Source: Candidatus Thorarchaeota archaeon | Lineage (GTDB): Archaea > Asgardarchaeota > Thorarchaeia > Thorarchaeales > Thorarchaeaceae | Assembly (NCBI GenBank): GCA_019057475.1 | Contig: DXJO01000018.1 | Span: 32,001-96,000, forward strand | Direction of reading: 5' to 3' | Length of the DNA stretch: 64,000 nucleotides | Shown: positions 48,753-58,653 of the stretch, in pieces | Numbering within the stretch: the first letter of the stretch is position 1 | How the letters are laid out: every line of letters begins with the position of its first letter | The notes under the pieces: generated by a model | Databases searched by the model: none | The model's input: the letters and a program-made list of their open reading frames with translations, nothing else | What the model was told of the DNA's origin: nothing | Translations under genes and position numbers: made by a program

Positions 48753-49384
48753 CCACCTTACCTCCGTCGCTGTCTGTTTCTTCCTTATTCATTCTGATTA
48801 CACTCCTAATAATGAGAAAAACAGTCAGACCCCCCATTGTCCGATTGCAAGGGTTAACCCTATCCCCGATTGCAATGGCTAATGGTCATTACAGCTTTTT
48901 GTGCTCTCTCGTTGCTTTCGCAACAACGATAATAACATCCATTTAAAAACTTTCCTTTTTCGACGCTGTTCAGGATTTTTCGTGACCCCATCAATCATGG
49001 CTCGCAGTCGATAAGGAGTTGGCCTTTATGCTGGTAAAATGGCGAGCCAGCCGAAAATAACCAAGGAGAATAGTCTGAATTCACCCAGCTCAAGTGACAG
49101 GAAATAACAACCAACTAACGATGGCCACTGAGTTTACACCAAGGTGTGGAATCCAGCTAGTCAGTCATGTGCACTTCTTTGTAGTACGGAGTCAGCCTAA
49201 GAATACCCCTAGAATGCAAGGCATTCGGCATATCTACTCCCAATCAAGTGTACTGAGAGCCATTAGATAGATACAGAGAGCCAGAGCTTAGAGGCACACG
49301 TGTTCAATGAACAGTGGCGAAGGTAGTGGCAATTCAGTTGGGATGGTCTGCATCAGTGCTCACCAGCAGTCTTCAATACTCCAA

Positions 49385-50494
49385 TCATTCCAATTTCCAG
49401 CTATAATCAACCATATCCAGTAGTTCAATCATATTTCCCATCCAAACTACCAATGCAATTACCACTCGATCGACCATCCCTTTCGTTGCATATTTTATAT
49501 CGGGTTCATGAATGGGTTTGTTTACAAGTTTCAGCAGAGTTGTTGTATGAGAATCGAGGAAATCCAGTGTCTTACGGATTGCTTTTCGTTCTACTTCATA
49601 TTTTCTACCGAACTTTTCTTGTGAACGCTGCTTTATCCACTTCAGAATCTTATCCAACTTCGTTTTTACAGCGCTTTCACCTGGCATAGCTTCACTATCC
49701 GAAAGCATCGTAGATCTCAATACTTCCCCAGTGAACCTTCGGATGATTGTTCTAACATTATCTAGAACCTGTTTCCACTCTAGAGGATCTTTTCCTCTTT
49801 CTTGTTTACTAACTGTTTCCTTTAGTAGTTCTATAAGAACAGGATTTAGATTTCCAAGTTTGATGGCAATCAGATTCTGGGTTTCATCAAAAATGCTTGC
49901 AAAAGCATTCCCAAATTGGAGCGCAACGAAATGCCAAGTAGCGAAGTCATGAACTTTGGCTCTAATGGAATAACTCATTCCTCTCATTTTCTCTACTGGA
50001 AGAATAGCTTCGAGTGACACTACCATATCTTGCTTTTCTCTGAAGTATGATGAGGAATCACTTTCATTTTCAACTACTTTCGAGAAAACTAGCTTCTTGG
50101 GTTGATTAGCCGTTTCAAGTTCCATACAAGGATAGGTAATCAAGAAGGGAGTTGGCAAAGGTGCTGCTGAGAGTTGTAGTTGTAGCATTGTATGGGGGTA
50201 TCTTGGATCTGCAAATGGCGGCCTGGGCGATTTGGCTGGTAGAATCACATGTCGATACGCTGGAACTCTGAATTTCTTATTTAGCTTCATTTCTTCCTCT
50301 ATTGGGATTTTTGGGTATCCAACTAGCTCAAGATTTATCCACAGAGTTTCAGACTCATCCAAGTCTAGTAATTTTGATGCTTTCTGACACCTGTACAGAA
50401 GCGCGGTTGTTGTGACATTGGAATCTTCAATATCATTGAGTATTGATTCGAGTATTTCTAAAGCCTTCTCTTTTCTTGATGAGATGTCAATCAA
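49385..50494 (-). CDS. AbiTii-like N-terminal domain protein (putative abortive-infection effector)
   Basis: SRKEKALEILESILNDIE...LLYRCQKASKLL...WINLELVGY; AT-rich. Confidence 0.65.
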   Translation of the reverse strand: MIDISSRKEKALEILESILNDIEDSNVTTTALLYRCQKASKLLDLDESETLWINLELVGYPKIPIEEEMKLNKKFRVPAYRHVILPAKSPRPPFADPRYPHTMLQLQLSAAPLPTPFLITYPCMELETANQPKKLVFSKVVENESDSSSYFREKQDMVVSLEAILPVEKMRGMSYSIRAKVHDFATWHFVALQFGNAFASIFDETQNLIAIKLGNLNPVLIELLKETVSKQERGKDPLEWKQVLDNVRTIIRRFTGEVLRSTMLSDSEAMPGESAVKTKLDKILKWIKQRSQEKFGRKYEVERKAIRKTLDFLDSHTTTLLKLVNKPIHEPDIKYATKGMVDRVVIALVVWMGNMIELLDMVDYSWKLE

Positions 50495-50700
50495 CTCCGT
50501 TGATCTTTATAGATTCAATACATGATTTCAACTAGTTTTCTATAAAAGGTTACAACATTATGTATCGTCATGGAACGGGAGATATTTGGTCCTGAGTTCC
50601 TTCCTTACCGTCAAGAGAAGCAGAAGTAGTTCTAACTTCATTTCGAGAGAGGCCAGTCCTCTCTCCATCTCTCTTTTTCCCACCCACCCCAGTACTAATC

Positions 50701-51345
50701 TCATTGCTTCTCGAAGATCTGCTTCGGCGTGTATGATTGTGGATGATACAGTGGATGTGCAATGCATGTAGTTATGCCTTCTAGCAACTTCTGTTGATTC
50801 CATGATGGTTGTTGTGCACCTTTCGTTATTGGCATCCACATGAGGTAGATATTGAAAGCACTATCTCTATGCTTGGTCTTATGTGTAACACTTATTGATT
50901 CCAATGCTTTGAACCCAGGTTTTTCCATTTGCTCTTTTCTAAACCATGGACTCCAATGTTCTGTCAAAGCTATAGTAGCGAAACCATTAGCTTCTCTTTC
51001 GCTTTCTATCATATCCTTTACAAGCATTCTCCCAAAATCGTGTCCTTTTGCTTTTCTTAACACCCAGATGCAATTCATCACGATTACACCGTCACCAACT
51101 ATGGGATAATAGGAAACTTCTGAAGGTGAATACTCGATCGTCCCAATGACGTTTCCCTCGAAAATGAGAATCTTTTTGTGGAATCCTTTCGGGATTGCTC
51201 TTTCCAAGTATGATGTCCTTTTCTTGTAGCGTTTAGATGGCGGACCCGTCAGACATCTGTGAAGATATATCTCGTACTTACTGCTTTCTGTAATGTCAAC
51301 GATTCTAGCCTTAGAGGAAAACTGCATGTGTAACATTCTTTCCAT
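50701..51345 (-). CDS. GNAT-family (YoaP-like) acetyltransferase
   Basis: GTIEYSP, MNCIWV..KAKGHDFGRMLV. Confidence 0.7.
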   Translation of the reverse strand: MERMLHMQFSSKARIVDITESSKYEIYLHRCLTGPPSKRYKKRTSYLERAIPKGFHKKILIFEGNVIGTIEYSPSEVSYYPIVGDGVIVMNCIWVLRKAKGHDFGRMLVKDMIESEREANGFATIALTEHWSPWFRKEQMEKPGFKALESISVTHKTKHRDSAFNIYLMWMPITKGAQQPSWNQQKLLEGITTCIAHPLYHPQSYTPKQIFEKQ

Positions 51346-51422
51346 TCCCGATATGTACCTTGCTCAGGATGATCATGTATCTTCGAGGTACTAACTAAAT
51401 TCTATTCATGACACGCGAAACA

Positions 51423-51489
51423 TTTGGGCCAGAGTATCTGGCCCAAAGTTTAGTTAGTAGTGTGTTCAGACATGAATGTCATGCTGAAC
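51423..51489 (-). terminator. Tandem hairpins downstream of the ABC-2 operon
   Basis: TTTGGGCCAGA-GTA-TCTGGCCCAAA perfect 11-bp stem; second hairpin at 51464-51489. Confidence 0.55.
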
Positions 51490-51496
51490 GATGTCA

Positions 51497-52234
51497 CTAC
51501 TTCAAACTACGTTTCAGCACCCGCTCACAGGCCGCTAGCATGAGAAACAAGAACACGACCATCGCTCCGACATTGGCCAGGGGACCCAGCAGTCCGGATG
51601 CTTCAGTAGTAGCCATTCTCAATGCGTTCACTGAGTATGTCAGAGGCAAGAAATGCGCGACGACTTGGAGGACCAACGGCATGGCTTCAATAGGAATGAA
51701 AACTCCGCAGAGAAATATCATAGGAAACCGGAAGAAGTTCGAGAGAGTCTGAGCCTCGAAAACCTCTGTTACCGATACTGCTACCAAAGCGCCAAGCGCC
51801 GATAGTGTCAGGAGGGTTAGAATAAGCGTACCTAAGAACAGTAAGGGGTCGACAATCTCCATCCCGAACATGGTAGTCGTAATGAGCACCATTACTCCTG
51901 AGATCATTCCCCCAAAGATTGTTCCGCCCAAAATCTTTCCTGCCAGAAGTGACCTGATCGATATCGGAGCCATCAGGAGGCGTTCAAAAGCACCATTGCG
52001 CCTCTCGAAAGTTATGACTATTGCTTCCATGCTTGTTGTGCCAAAGACGGCAGCCATTGCGATGAGACCAGGGGCGAGTTCAACAAGCCCTGTTGGGTTT
52101 CTAAGCAAGAACGCAAGAGTGAGAACGAGTGGGAAGAGGATGCCCCAGCTGATGTTAGGCGGCTTGAAATAGTATGCTTGCAGGTCCTTCCTGAGGATGT
52201 AATAGATCCCACTGAGCTCATTCCTCAGACTCAT
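51497..52234 (-). CDS. ABC-2 type exporter permease
   Basis: FERRNGAFERLLMAP, FLCGVFIP, LPLTY; about 6 TM. Confidence 0.88.
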   Translation of the reverse strand: MSLRNELSGIYYILRKDLQAYYFKPPNISWGILFPLVLTLAFLLRNPTGLVELAPGLIAMAAVFGTTSMEAIVITFERRNGAFERLLMAPISIRSLLAGKILGGTIFGGMISGVMVLITTTMFGMEIVDPLLFLGTLILTLLTLSALGALVAVSVTEVFEAQTLSNFFRFPMIFLCGVFIPIEAMPLVLQVVAHFLPLTYSVNALRMATTEASGLLGPLANVGAMVVFLFLMLAACERVLKRSLK

Positions 52235-53196
52235 TCTCGAGATCCCCCCTTTTCTGCTCGCATTCTATCTGGCGACATTCCTGTCAGCTCCATGAAGACC
52301 TCCTCAAGCGTCGGTCGTCCTGTCTCCAGTGCTTCCACAGATACCCCCTCACTAGATGTGAGGTTGATCAGGGCACTCAGGGACTCGCCAGGGTTTTCAA
52401 CACGTAGGTGTATGAACCGGCCCTCATGTTCTAGCTGTCCAATCTTATTCAGCCCGTGAAGCAGTGGTCCGTCTGGCACACGAGAAAGCTCAGCCCGAAT
52501 GATCGGCTGGGCGCGTACTCGTTTCTTGATATCCTCAGGTGTGTCTAGTACTACAATCCTCCCCTGCACGATTATGGCAATCCTATCACAAAGACGGTCA
52601 GCCTCCTCAATATAGTGCGTTGTCAGGAAGACCGTTGTATCGTGAGTGCCTAGTCGCTCGATGTACTCTCTCAGGGAGTGAGCACTCACAACGTCGAGTC
52701 CGACGGTTGGCTCATCTAAAAAGAGAATCTCTGGGGAGTGGACTAGCGAGGCAGCTATCACTGCTCGCCGTTTTAAGCCCTTTGAGAGCTTGCCGAACTT
52801 CGTTCCCTTCCTGGACATCAGGTCAAAGGAGTGGAGGACTTCTTCAATCCGGTTGGCACGCTCATGTCTTGAGACATGATAGAGTTGGGACATGAAGAGC
52901 AGATTATCCCATACGGAAAGCTCGTCGTACAAGTTTGAAACCTCGGGCACCAGACCAACACGGCGCTTGACCTCCACGATGTCATCCGTGATGCTGTAGC
53001 CTGCTACTGTTGCGGTGCCATTGCTGGGTCTGGAGAGGCCAACAAGCATCCTAATAGTAGTCGTCTTCCCAGCCCCATTTGGCCCGAGAAATCCAAAGAC
53101 CTCCCCCTTGTTGACTTCGAATGAAATGCCATCAACCGCTAGAAAATCATCGTAGTACTTGGTAAGCCCGTTAATCTTAATGGCTGGCATATTCAT
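52231..53196 (-). CDS. ABC-2 (DrrA-like) exporter ATPase
   Basis: GPNGAGKTT, LSKG, LDEPTVGLD, TTHYIEEA, PTLEEVF. Confidence 0.92.
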   Translation of the reverse strand: MNMPAIKINGLTKYYDDFLAVDGISFEVNKGEVFGFLGPNGAGKTTTIRMLVGLSRPSNGTATVAGYSITDDIVEVKRRVGLVPEVSNLYDELSVWDNLLFMSQLYHVSRHERANRIEEVLHSFDLMSRKGTKFGKLSKGLKRRAVIAASLVHSPEILFLDEPTVGLDVVSAHSLREYIERLGTHDTTVFLTTHYIEEADRLCDRIAIIVQGRIVVLDTPEDIKKRVRAQPIIRAELSRVPDGPLLHGLNKIGQLEHEGRFIHLRVENPGESLSALINLTSSEGVSVEALETGRPTLEEVFMELTGMSPDRMRAEKGGSRE

Positions 53197-53642
53197 CTCA
53201 ACTCCTTCAGGCAGTGTCAGATTGGGTGTGCTGCTTAAAACAAATTCCAATAGTACAAGAAAGGATACTGGCACCACCTAAACGCAGGCTCGCTCTCAGC
53301 CAGGAAAGCTAAGGAGTCCATTCTCTCTGATTAAGCTTGGCACCTAATAATCTAAGCTCAATGGTGAGATATCATATCTCGTGCTCATGGCCTGAGAACC
53401 TGCCGTACAGGCAAGAGAAGCAAATGTAGAACCAATCCTCAAATTGAGAGATGCTCGTCCTCCATTATCTGCAAAGTCAACTTGGAGACAAAGCTCAATT
53501 GATGGTTTGTGTTTAGTCTTGGTGTTGCATTCGTCTGTTTCAAGACGAGTCCATGAGCGCGACAAATGTAGGGGACTATCGGGGATCTAGCTCAAGACCG
53601 ATAGTAGAGTGTTGTTCGAGATGTGTATCAGAAGGGATTATC

Positions 53643-54125
53643 ATGACCAATGATGAAGCTTCACCAACTCTAGTGCCAACCTCTGGTGTTCGATTCCAAG
53701 ATCAAATAAGAGTCGTCAGGGCTTATGTTGTACTGAGCAACAATGGAAATGAACCTGTTCATCTCAAAGAGGTTAAGGGGATAACGAGATTGGCACGGTC
53801 CCAAATCTCTGGTCTCAATTCATTCATGGTCATGCTTGGTTTATTAGAGCATGTGAGTAGAGGACACTACAAGCCAACTACGGCTTCAGTGAACTTATGC
53901 AGCAGTGACCCTGGCGAGGAGGATTTCGGTCAAATCACAACAGTCCTTGAGAGATCGGCCCTTTTTTCATTTGTTGAGCAGTACTTGAGAGTCCATGGTG
54001 GCGGGTCATGTCAAGGACTGATTGAGTACATTATGGAGAAAGCAGGAACAGAGGAAACATATCGAGTACAGAGCGCAGTGGAATGGCTTATCAGATCCGG
54101 GTTGGTTGAACGGGGCCAAGACTAG
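53643..54125 (+). CDS. Tandem winged-helix-like protein (effector-less paralogue of 54275-55267)
   Basis: 46/70 identical to the N-terminus of the convergent gene; ends EWLIRSGLV. Confidence 0.78.
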   Translation: MTNDEASPTLVPTSGVRFQDQIRVVRAYVVLSNNGNEPVHLKEVKGITRLARSQISGLNSFMVMLGLLEHVSRGHYKPTTASVNLCSSDPGEEDFGQITTVLERSALFSFVEQYLRVHGGGSCQGLIEYIMEKAGTEETYRVQSAVEWLIRSGLVERGQD

Positions 54126-54193
54126 GACTTCAGAATGGAGGATTGCTAATCCCGTAGACCTTTCATCGAACTATCTATCCCTCGTACTTTGAG

Positions 54194-54241
54194 GGCCAAT
54201 CACTCTTGGTATAGTTGAACTATACGTCTAGAGAAGCTGAT
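54194..54241. repeat. 48-bp direct repeat copy A containing the palindrome GTATAGTT-G-AACTATAC
   Basis: 40/48 identical to 56366-56413. Confidence 0.85.
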
Positions 54242-54274
54242 AGAACCCTTTGGATTAGACGGAGGTCTGATTCT

Positions 54275-55267
54275 CTATTTCTCATCCTTCTTTGCTTGCT
54301 TCAATATCATGTTCCAGTCGTCTAACAAATCAAGAGCAGAGTCCCACCATTCATCAAAAGGAGGGTGATACTCAGTATCCTTTATTTCCGCATACTGTCC
54401 TATCAGAATCGTGTCTACGGAGGGTAGGTTCCAACAAGCATCCTTGGTGATAATCCAACGGTCATGAATGCTTCCAAGAATCTCTTTGTTCACAATCACC
54501 CTTAGCGAAGTGGATTTCCCCAAAGCGTCCAATTCGGATGCAAAGCGACTGAAGTCTTTGCGAAAGCGTTCGTTTATCTTATCACCCATGCCAGTTAGAA
54601 TCTTTATCATCGAAACCGAGCTCTCTTTCATTGAGTCAATTGTGTACTCCAGTCCTGAAATGCTGAAGTACTTGTCAAACCAGTAAACATAGTCCTGACA
54701 TCTGAGAATGATACTTCGTAACTGTATCACATTGCTGAACGGACGACCGGGACTTATTGCAGTGTCTTCCAGTTTGTGATGTCGTTTTGGTTGGGATTTG
54801 ATGCTTAATGTGTTGGATAGCGTCAGCCATTCCAATGCTCTTTCAGCTCTTGAGGATACACTCGTATGCGTCTTTCTGAGAAGAAAATCCACTAGCTCTT
54901 CCCAAGTCTGTTCACCATGGATTAGTACGTGATTCCGTATTGCAGCATTGAGTAGTGAGTTCTCTATCGCGGGCTGAAGCTCCTCAAAATGCTCTTGACC
55001 AAGCAAAGGATCAAAGAACCTCACGGCGACCTCAGTTGGCTTGTAGTTCCCTCTCTCCTGTAGTTCAAGAAAATTGAGTGTGGTGAAGAAGGAATTAAGG
55101 CCTGAGATTTGTGTTCTCGATAGTCCAGTTTCCTCCATTACTCTCTTATAATGCACAGGCACGTTGCCGAAATTGCTCAACACGACATAAGCGCGTAGAA
55201 CCAGCACTTGGTCTCTAAAAGCAACTCCAGAGGTTGGTACAAGAGCAGATTCAGAGTCCTCCCCCAA
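54275..55267 (-). CDS. Winged-helix-like N-terminus fused to a PLD-like (DxY...HDR) putative nuclease domain
   Basis: YWFDKYF, IKILTG, SIHDRWII..WNLPS. Confidence 0.72.
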   Translation of the reverse strand: MGEDSESALVPTSGVAFRDQVLVLRAYVVLSNFGNVPVHYKRVMEETGLSRTQISGLNSFFTTLNFLELQERGNYKPTEVAVRFFDPLLGQEHFEELQPAIENSLLNAAIRNHVLIHGEQTWEELVDFLLRKTHTSVSSRAERALEWLTLSNTLSIKSQPKRHHKLEDTAISPGRPFSNVIQLRSIILRCQDYVYWFDKYFSISGLEYTIDSMKESSVSMIKILTGMGDKINERFRKDFSRFASELDALGKSTSLRVIVNKEILGSIHDRWIITKDACWNLPSVDTILIGQYAEIKDTEYHPPFDEWWDSALDLLDDWNMILKQAKKDEK

Positions 55268-55282
55268 TCTAGTCTACCTCTC

Positions 55283-56035
55283 CTAGTGATTTGCTTCCAC
55301 TTTGAAGCTAAGTGATTCGAGCAAAGTTCGGATGTCTGCAAGGATTTGTACTCTCTGAACTTCATCTAGAAACCCCTCTATTGTAAAGCTCACGTGGATT
55401 GTCACACCCTCATCTTTTTTCCCACCTGTCTTCTTTGCACTCATGAAACCGACTTGGATTTCTCGTGATTCTTCCGGAGCGATCTCATCTGCGGCCTCTT
55501 GGCCCAAATCAATTTGCTTATTGAAGCTCACGACATTGTCAGGGTCAATCGAAACAATTTGAACTAGTATTAGGAGTTCAATCAGAGTTGTTGCACCCAT
55601 AACTGCATTAGTCGTATCCACCGACTTTCCCGAATCCTCAACGACGCGTCTGATCACGTTCTCTCTAGTTTCCTGTTCAACGTGGAAGAGATAATCGAGT
55701 AATGGACGCCCTTCGGTCCATTCTAGAAGAAGGCTTCGCAAGATTTCATTGAACTTCTCATCTTTTCGATAGTCAATCATCTGCGCCGCCTTCTGCCCAA
55801 TATCGGTTAGACGATTCTGTTGTCCTTCTTTCCTAAGTATACCAATCTGGGTAAGGAAGGAACTCTGGTTGGATACTACCTTCGCCTTGCTTTCGAGTTT
55901 CGCATCACTACTTATTCGAGATGCCACCTCTTTGGTCGTACGTGCACTCTCATGACCCCTAGCACGGTTCCATGCGGCAATGACATCAAGTAACCCACTC
56001 AAAGAAACACCATATGGGATTGCCATTTTGTCCAT
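55283..56035 (-). CDS. Tandem winged-helix protein (DUF5343-like architecture)
   Basis: SFLTQIGIL..RLTDIG wing, second HTH, acidic linker, C-terminal VTIHVSFTI strand. Confidence 0.62.
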   Translation of the reverse strand: MDKMAIPYGVSLSGLLDVIAAWNRARGHESARTTKEVASRISSDAKLESKAKVVSNQSSFLTQIGILRKEGQQNRLTDIGQKAAQMIDYRKDEKFNEILRSLLLEWTEGRPLLDYLFHVEQETRENVIRRVVEDSGKSVDTTNAVMGATTLIELLILVQIVSIDPDNVVSFNKQIDLGQEAADEIAPEESREIQVGFMSAKKTGGKKDEGVTIHVSFTIEGFLDEVQRVQILADIRTLLESLSFKVEANH

Positions 56036-56365
56036 GCTTTGCTCTCCACCTCGTACTCCTGTTGTTCATATTCATTTTCTATGATTTCTTAATAGCATTG
56101 CGGAACTAAACGAGCCCAGATATGGCTAGTGATACAATGGCTGCATTTCTGCAATAAGCGTTTCTCTTGCAGGGCGCATGCTCCAAGTACGGTATGCTTA
56201 ACTTGACTATTAATCAATTATAGTTGTAGGCCTTGACTCAAAGGTGGAATCAGGAATCTGTTTCGACCAGAAACGCATGAATATGAACATGACATGCATG
56301 GCCAATTGACTTGGATTGATACCTTCAGTGAAAAACGGCTCTGAGGTTTCAAAGTATCTGTGGAT

Positions 56366-56413
56366 GGCCAGTCACTGCTTGTATAGTTCAACTATACATC
56401 TGGAGAAGCAGAT
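56366..56413. repeat. 48-bp direct repeat copy B containing the palindrome GTATAGTT-C-AACTATAC
   Basis: 40/48 identical to 54194-54241. Confidence 0.85.
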
Positions 56414-56488
56414 GTAGTTCTGACCATCAGACGATGAGAGGCTCATCTTCTCGCCCACTCTTTCTTTCCAACGAAGGGAAAGTAGGGC

Positions 56489-56830
56489 CTAATCCTTCGC
56501 CTTTTCCGAGAAGTAGCCTTCCCTCGTCATTATCTCTTTTGTAGCTCTGCTGCTAGGTCCATCACCTCTGGCTACAAAGACACCAACATCCTTGCCAACC
56601 TCTTTAGCTATCTCTGCAACATCAGCGTGCCTGAACCCTGGGCAGAGGAGGATCGAATGAATACCCTCTTCTTTCACAAGATTTCTACTCACTTCGACCG
56701 CCTGAGCCTGATTTCTGACCACCCTCACATGAAGGCTGTACATGGATGTTTCCACTTTGCATTTGTGTTTCCCTGGCTCTGCATCAGGAGCATGGGCAAG
56801 AAAGAGCACTTTGAAAGCCAAATTCATCAT
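56489..56830 (-). CDS. DUF6506-like small protein
   Basis: APDAEP.KH, EGIHSILLCPGF pattern. Confidence 0.65.
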   Translation of the reverse strand: MMNLAFKVLFLAHAPDAEPGKHKCKVETSMYSLHVRVVRNQAQAVEVSRNLVKEEGIHSILLCPGFRHADVAEIAKEVGKDVGVFVARGDGPSSRATKEIMTREGYFSEKAKD

Positions 56831-56970
56831 CTCCTCCTGTAATCTACTCGTTCAATCCAATGGATAATGGAACTGATGATATAAAATAGTCTATGCAGCA
56901 ATCCCCGATAATGGTGAGTTGTCAAAGAAACGAGTAACTTGCAGATGCAAAAGCTTGATCTCATCACATT

Positions 56971-57435
56971 GTGATTGTGTTTCTTATGAAGACTAACCGA
57001 ATTTTCGGTCCACCCACACGACGAGCGGATCCCACGCACCATCAGGAAATTCAGCGTGTTTCGCACCTTCAGCGACATAGAACTCCTTCGAGTCCGAGGG
57101 AATCCCCTCATGACAACCAACCATTGAAGATTCACAGTAGTCACGCCAATGGAGTCTGTAGCAGCCATTAAGGGTTATTGGGCCTTGTTTCCCTTTTCCT
57201 TTCTTTTCTCTACTTGCTTGCCAGTCTAATCTTTCCCGCGATTCTGTGTCTACTGATTGCCTGGCCAGCTGTGGTTAGTGGTACTCAGCAATATGTCGGT
57301 CCTCTGCCACATCAATTCATCTTGGGGATTTTGCTTGTGTGGTCAACCAATCGACGGCGAGAAACCTCCACCTGGAATGAATCGAAGGAAAAGGAATCAT
57401 GGTGGAAGAAAGACAGGCGGACATTCTCTGAATAG
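56971..57435 (+). pseudogene. Degraded membrane-protein gene
   Basis: Hydrophobic C-terminal piece (GPLPHQFILGILL...W...WW) lacks an intact N-terminus; upstream reading broken by stops. Confidence 0.4.
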
Positions 57436-58145
57436 TGGATAGATCGTACGGCGTCCGAGTATCAGGCACATTGGTCAGTCAGTGGAAGGGTGAATCTTGG
57501 TGGGCAAAGCGCACAGTTACGAACGGTCAGTAAGGGTGTCTATTGGCGGGTTAGTAAGCGTGTTGTTAGAGTGATAAGTCGTGGATGGTCATGAGATTCA
57601 TGGGGGTGCTCTAACAGACACGCCCTCTTCGAGGGTCTTGTGGGTTCTCGGAGCATAGACCTCCCCGGCTGGGCCATATCTACATTGGCGTTGATGCCTC
57701 GTAGTACAATGCTCGGTCTGACGGATTCTTCTTATTGGACTGACTTGACATTTGCGAGCCCATGAAGTTTCTACCATGAGGCATAGGAAGCCGTGAGCCT
57801 TATCATGATGTGTTTGGTCGCGGGCTTCATTGTCCTCAGGGCTCGTGTGAACTCCCCATATCATGTCGCTCGAATAGCATCGACCAACATAGTTGATACT
57901 CACGCGGGACATCATTCCCTTTGGCGAGAAACAAAGAGGAAGAAGGGCAGGAAGAAGAAATGAATAAACATGCTGTACCTGCTTGAAAACTATAGCGTAT
58001 GCATGCTTGTGTAGGGTATTGTAGAACTAGTGAAAAACGCGAAAACCGCGAAAAACAAATGATATATGATATCTAAAAGTCTGGTCGCGATGGGGACTAC
58101 ACCCTCTATCGAGAACGGACACGCGCAGACGGCCTCAGAAGATGT

Positions 58146-58558
58146 TATCTCAGAGTCGCGATCACGCTACACAGCAATGTTGCTGTGTCCGCCGCGACTC
58201 GCCAAGAGTAGGACTTTATCAACTCTTCAGAAAGCGAGTCTGATAAAGCATTTTTCCGGCGGCGACAGTGTAGTCATTGGATTCGTGTCTGTGATACCCC
58301 AAGTCTTCGAGCCAGTTCTGCTTGACCCGACTTAGATGCCTTCAGGAATTGAAAAGGCAATTGGATAGTCGTGCTTGATTAGTTTGAATAATTGCACATC
58401 AAATTTCAAATCAGCAACTCTAGCACTCAGGCTTTGAGGAAATCCAGTATCAAGCCACCATCGTTTCTTTCGTGGAAGGTCTTTGACAAGTTCAGTTTCA
58501 AGAACCTCACGAACTGGACAAGTTGCTCAGCGATGGCCTCGATGTCAGTCTAATGCAT
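58146..58558 (-). pseudogene. Degraded HTH (XRE-like) regulator gene
   Basis: GQAELARRLGVSQTRIQ* helix-turn-helix amid multiple stops and frameshifts. Confidence 0.5.
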
Positions 58559-58653
58559 CTCTTCTATGGCTTCACACTCCTCCGTGACGACCTGTTGGAA
58601 AACGAAATAAGCAAAGAAGAGAGATAGAAAACACCGAACGGAGAATTTCAAGG

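Noticed and set aside
49301-49313. TGTTCA-A-TGAACA as another regulon site
   Set aside because: Wrong spacing, isolated and not upstream of a co-oriented gene
54194-56413. Integron attC sites or CRISPR repeats
   Set aside because: Lacks RYYYAAC/GTTRRRY ends; only two copies 2.2 kb apart; no cas or intI genes
58050-58078. Archaeal dif site (TGATATCTAAA resembles one arm)
   Set aside because: No complementary left arm at 6-bp spacing
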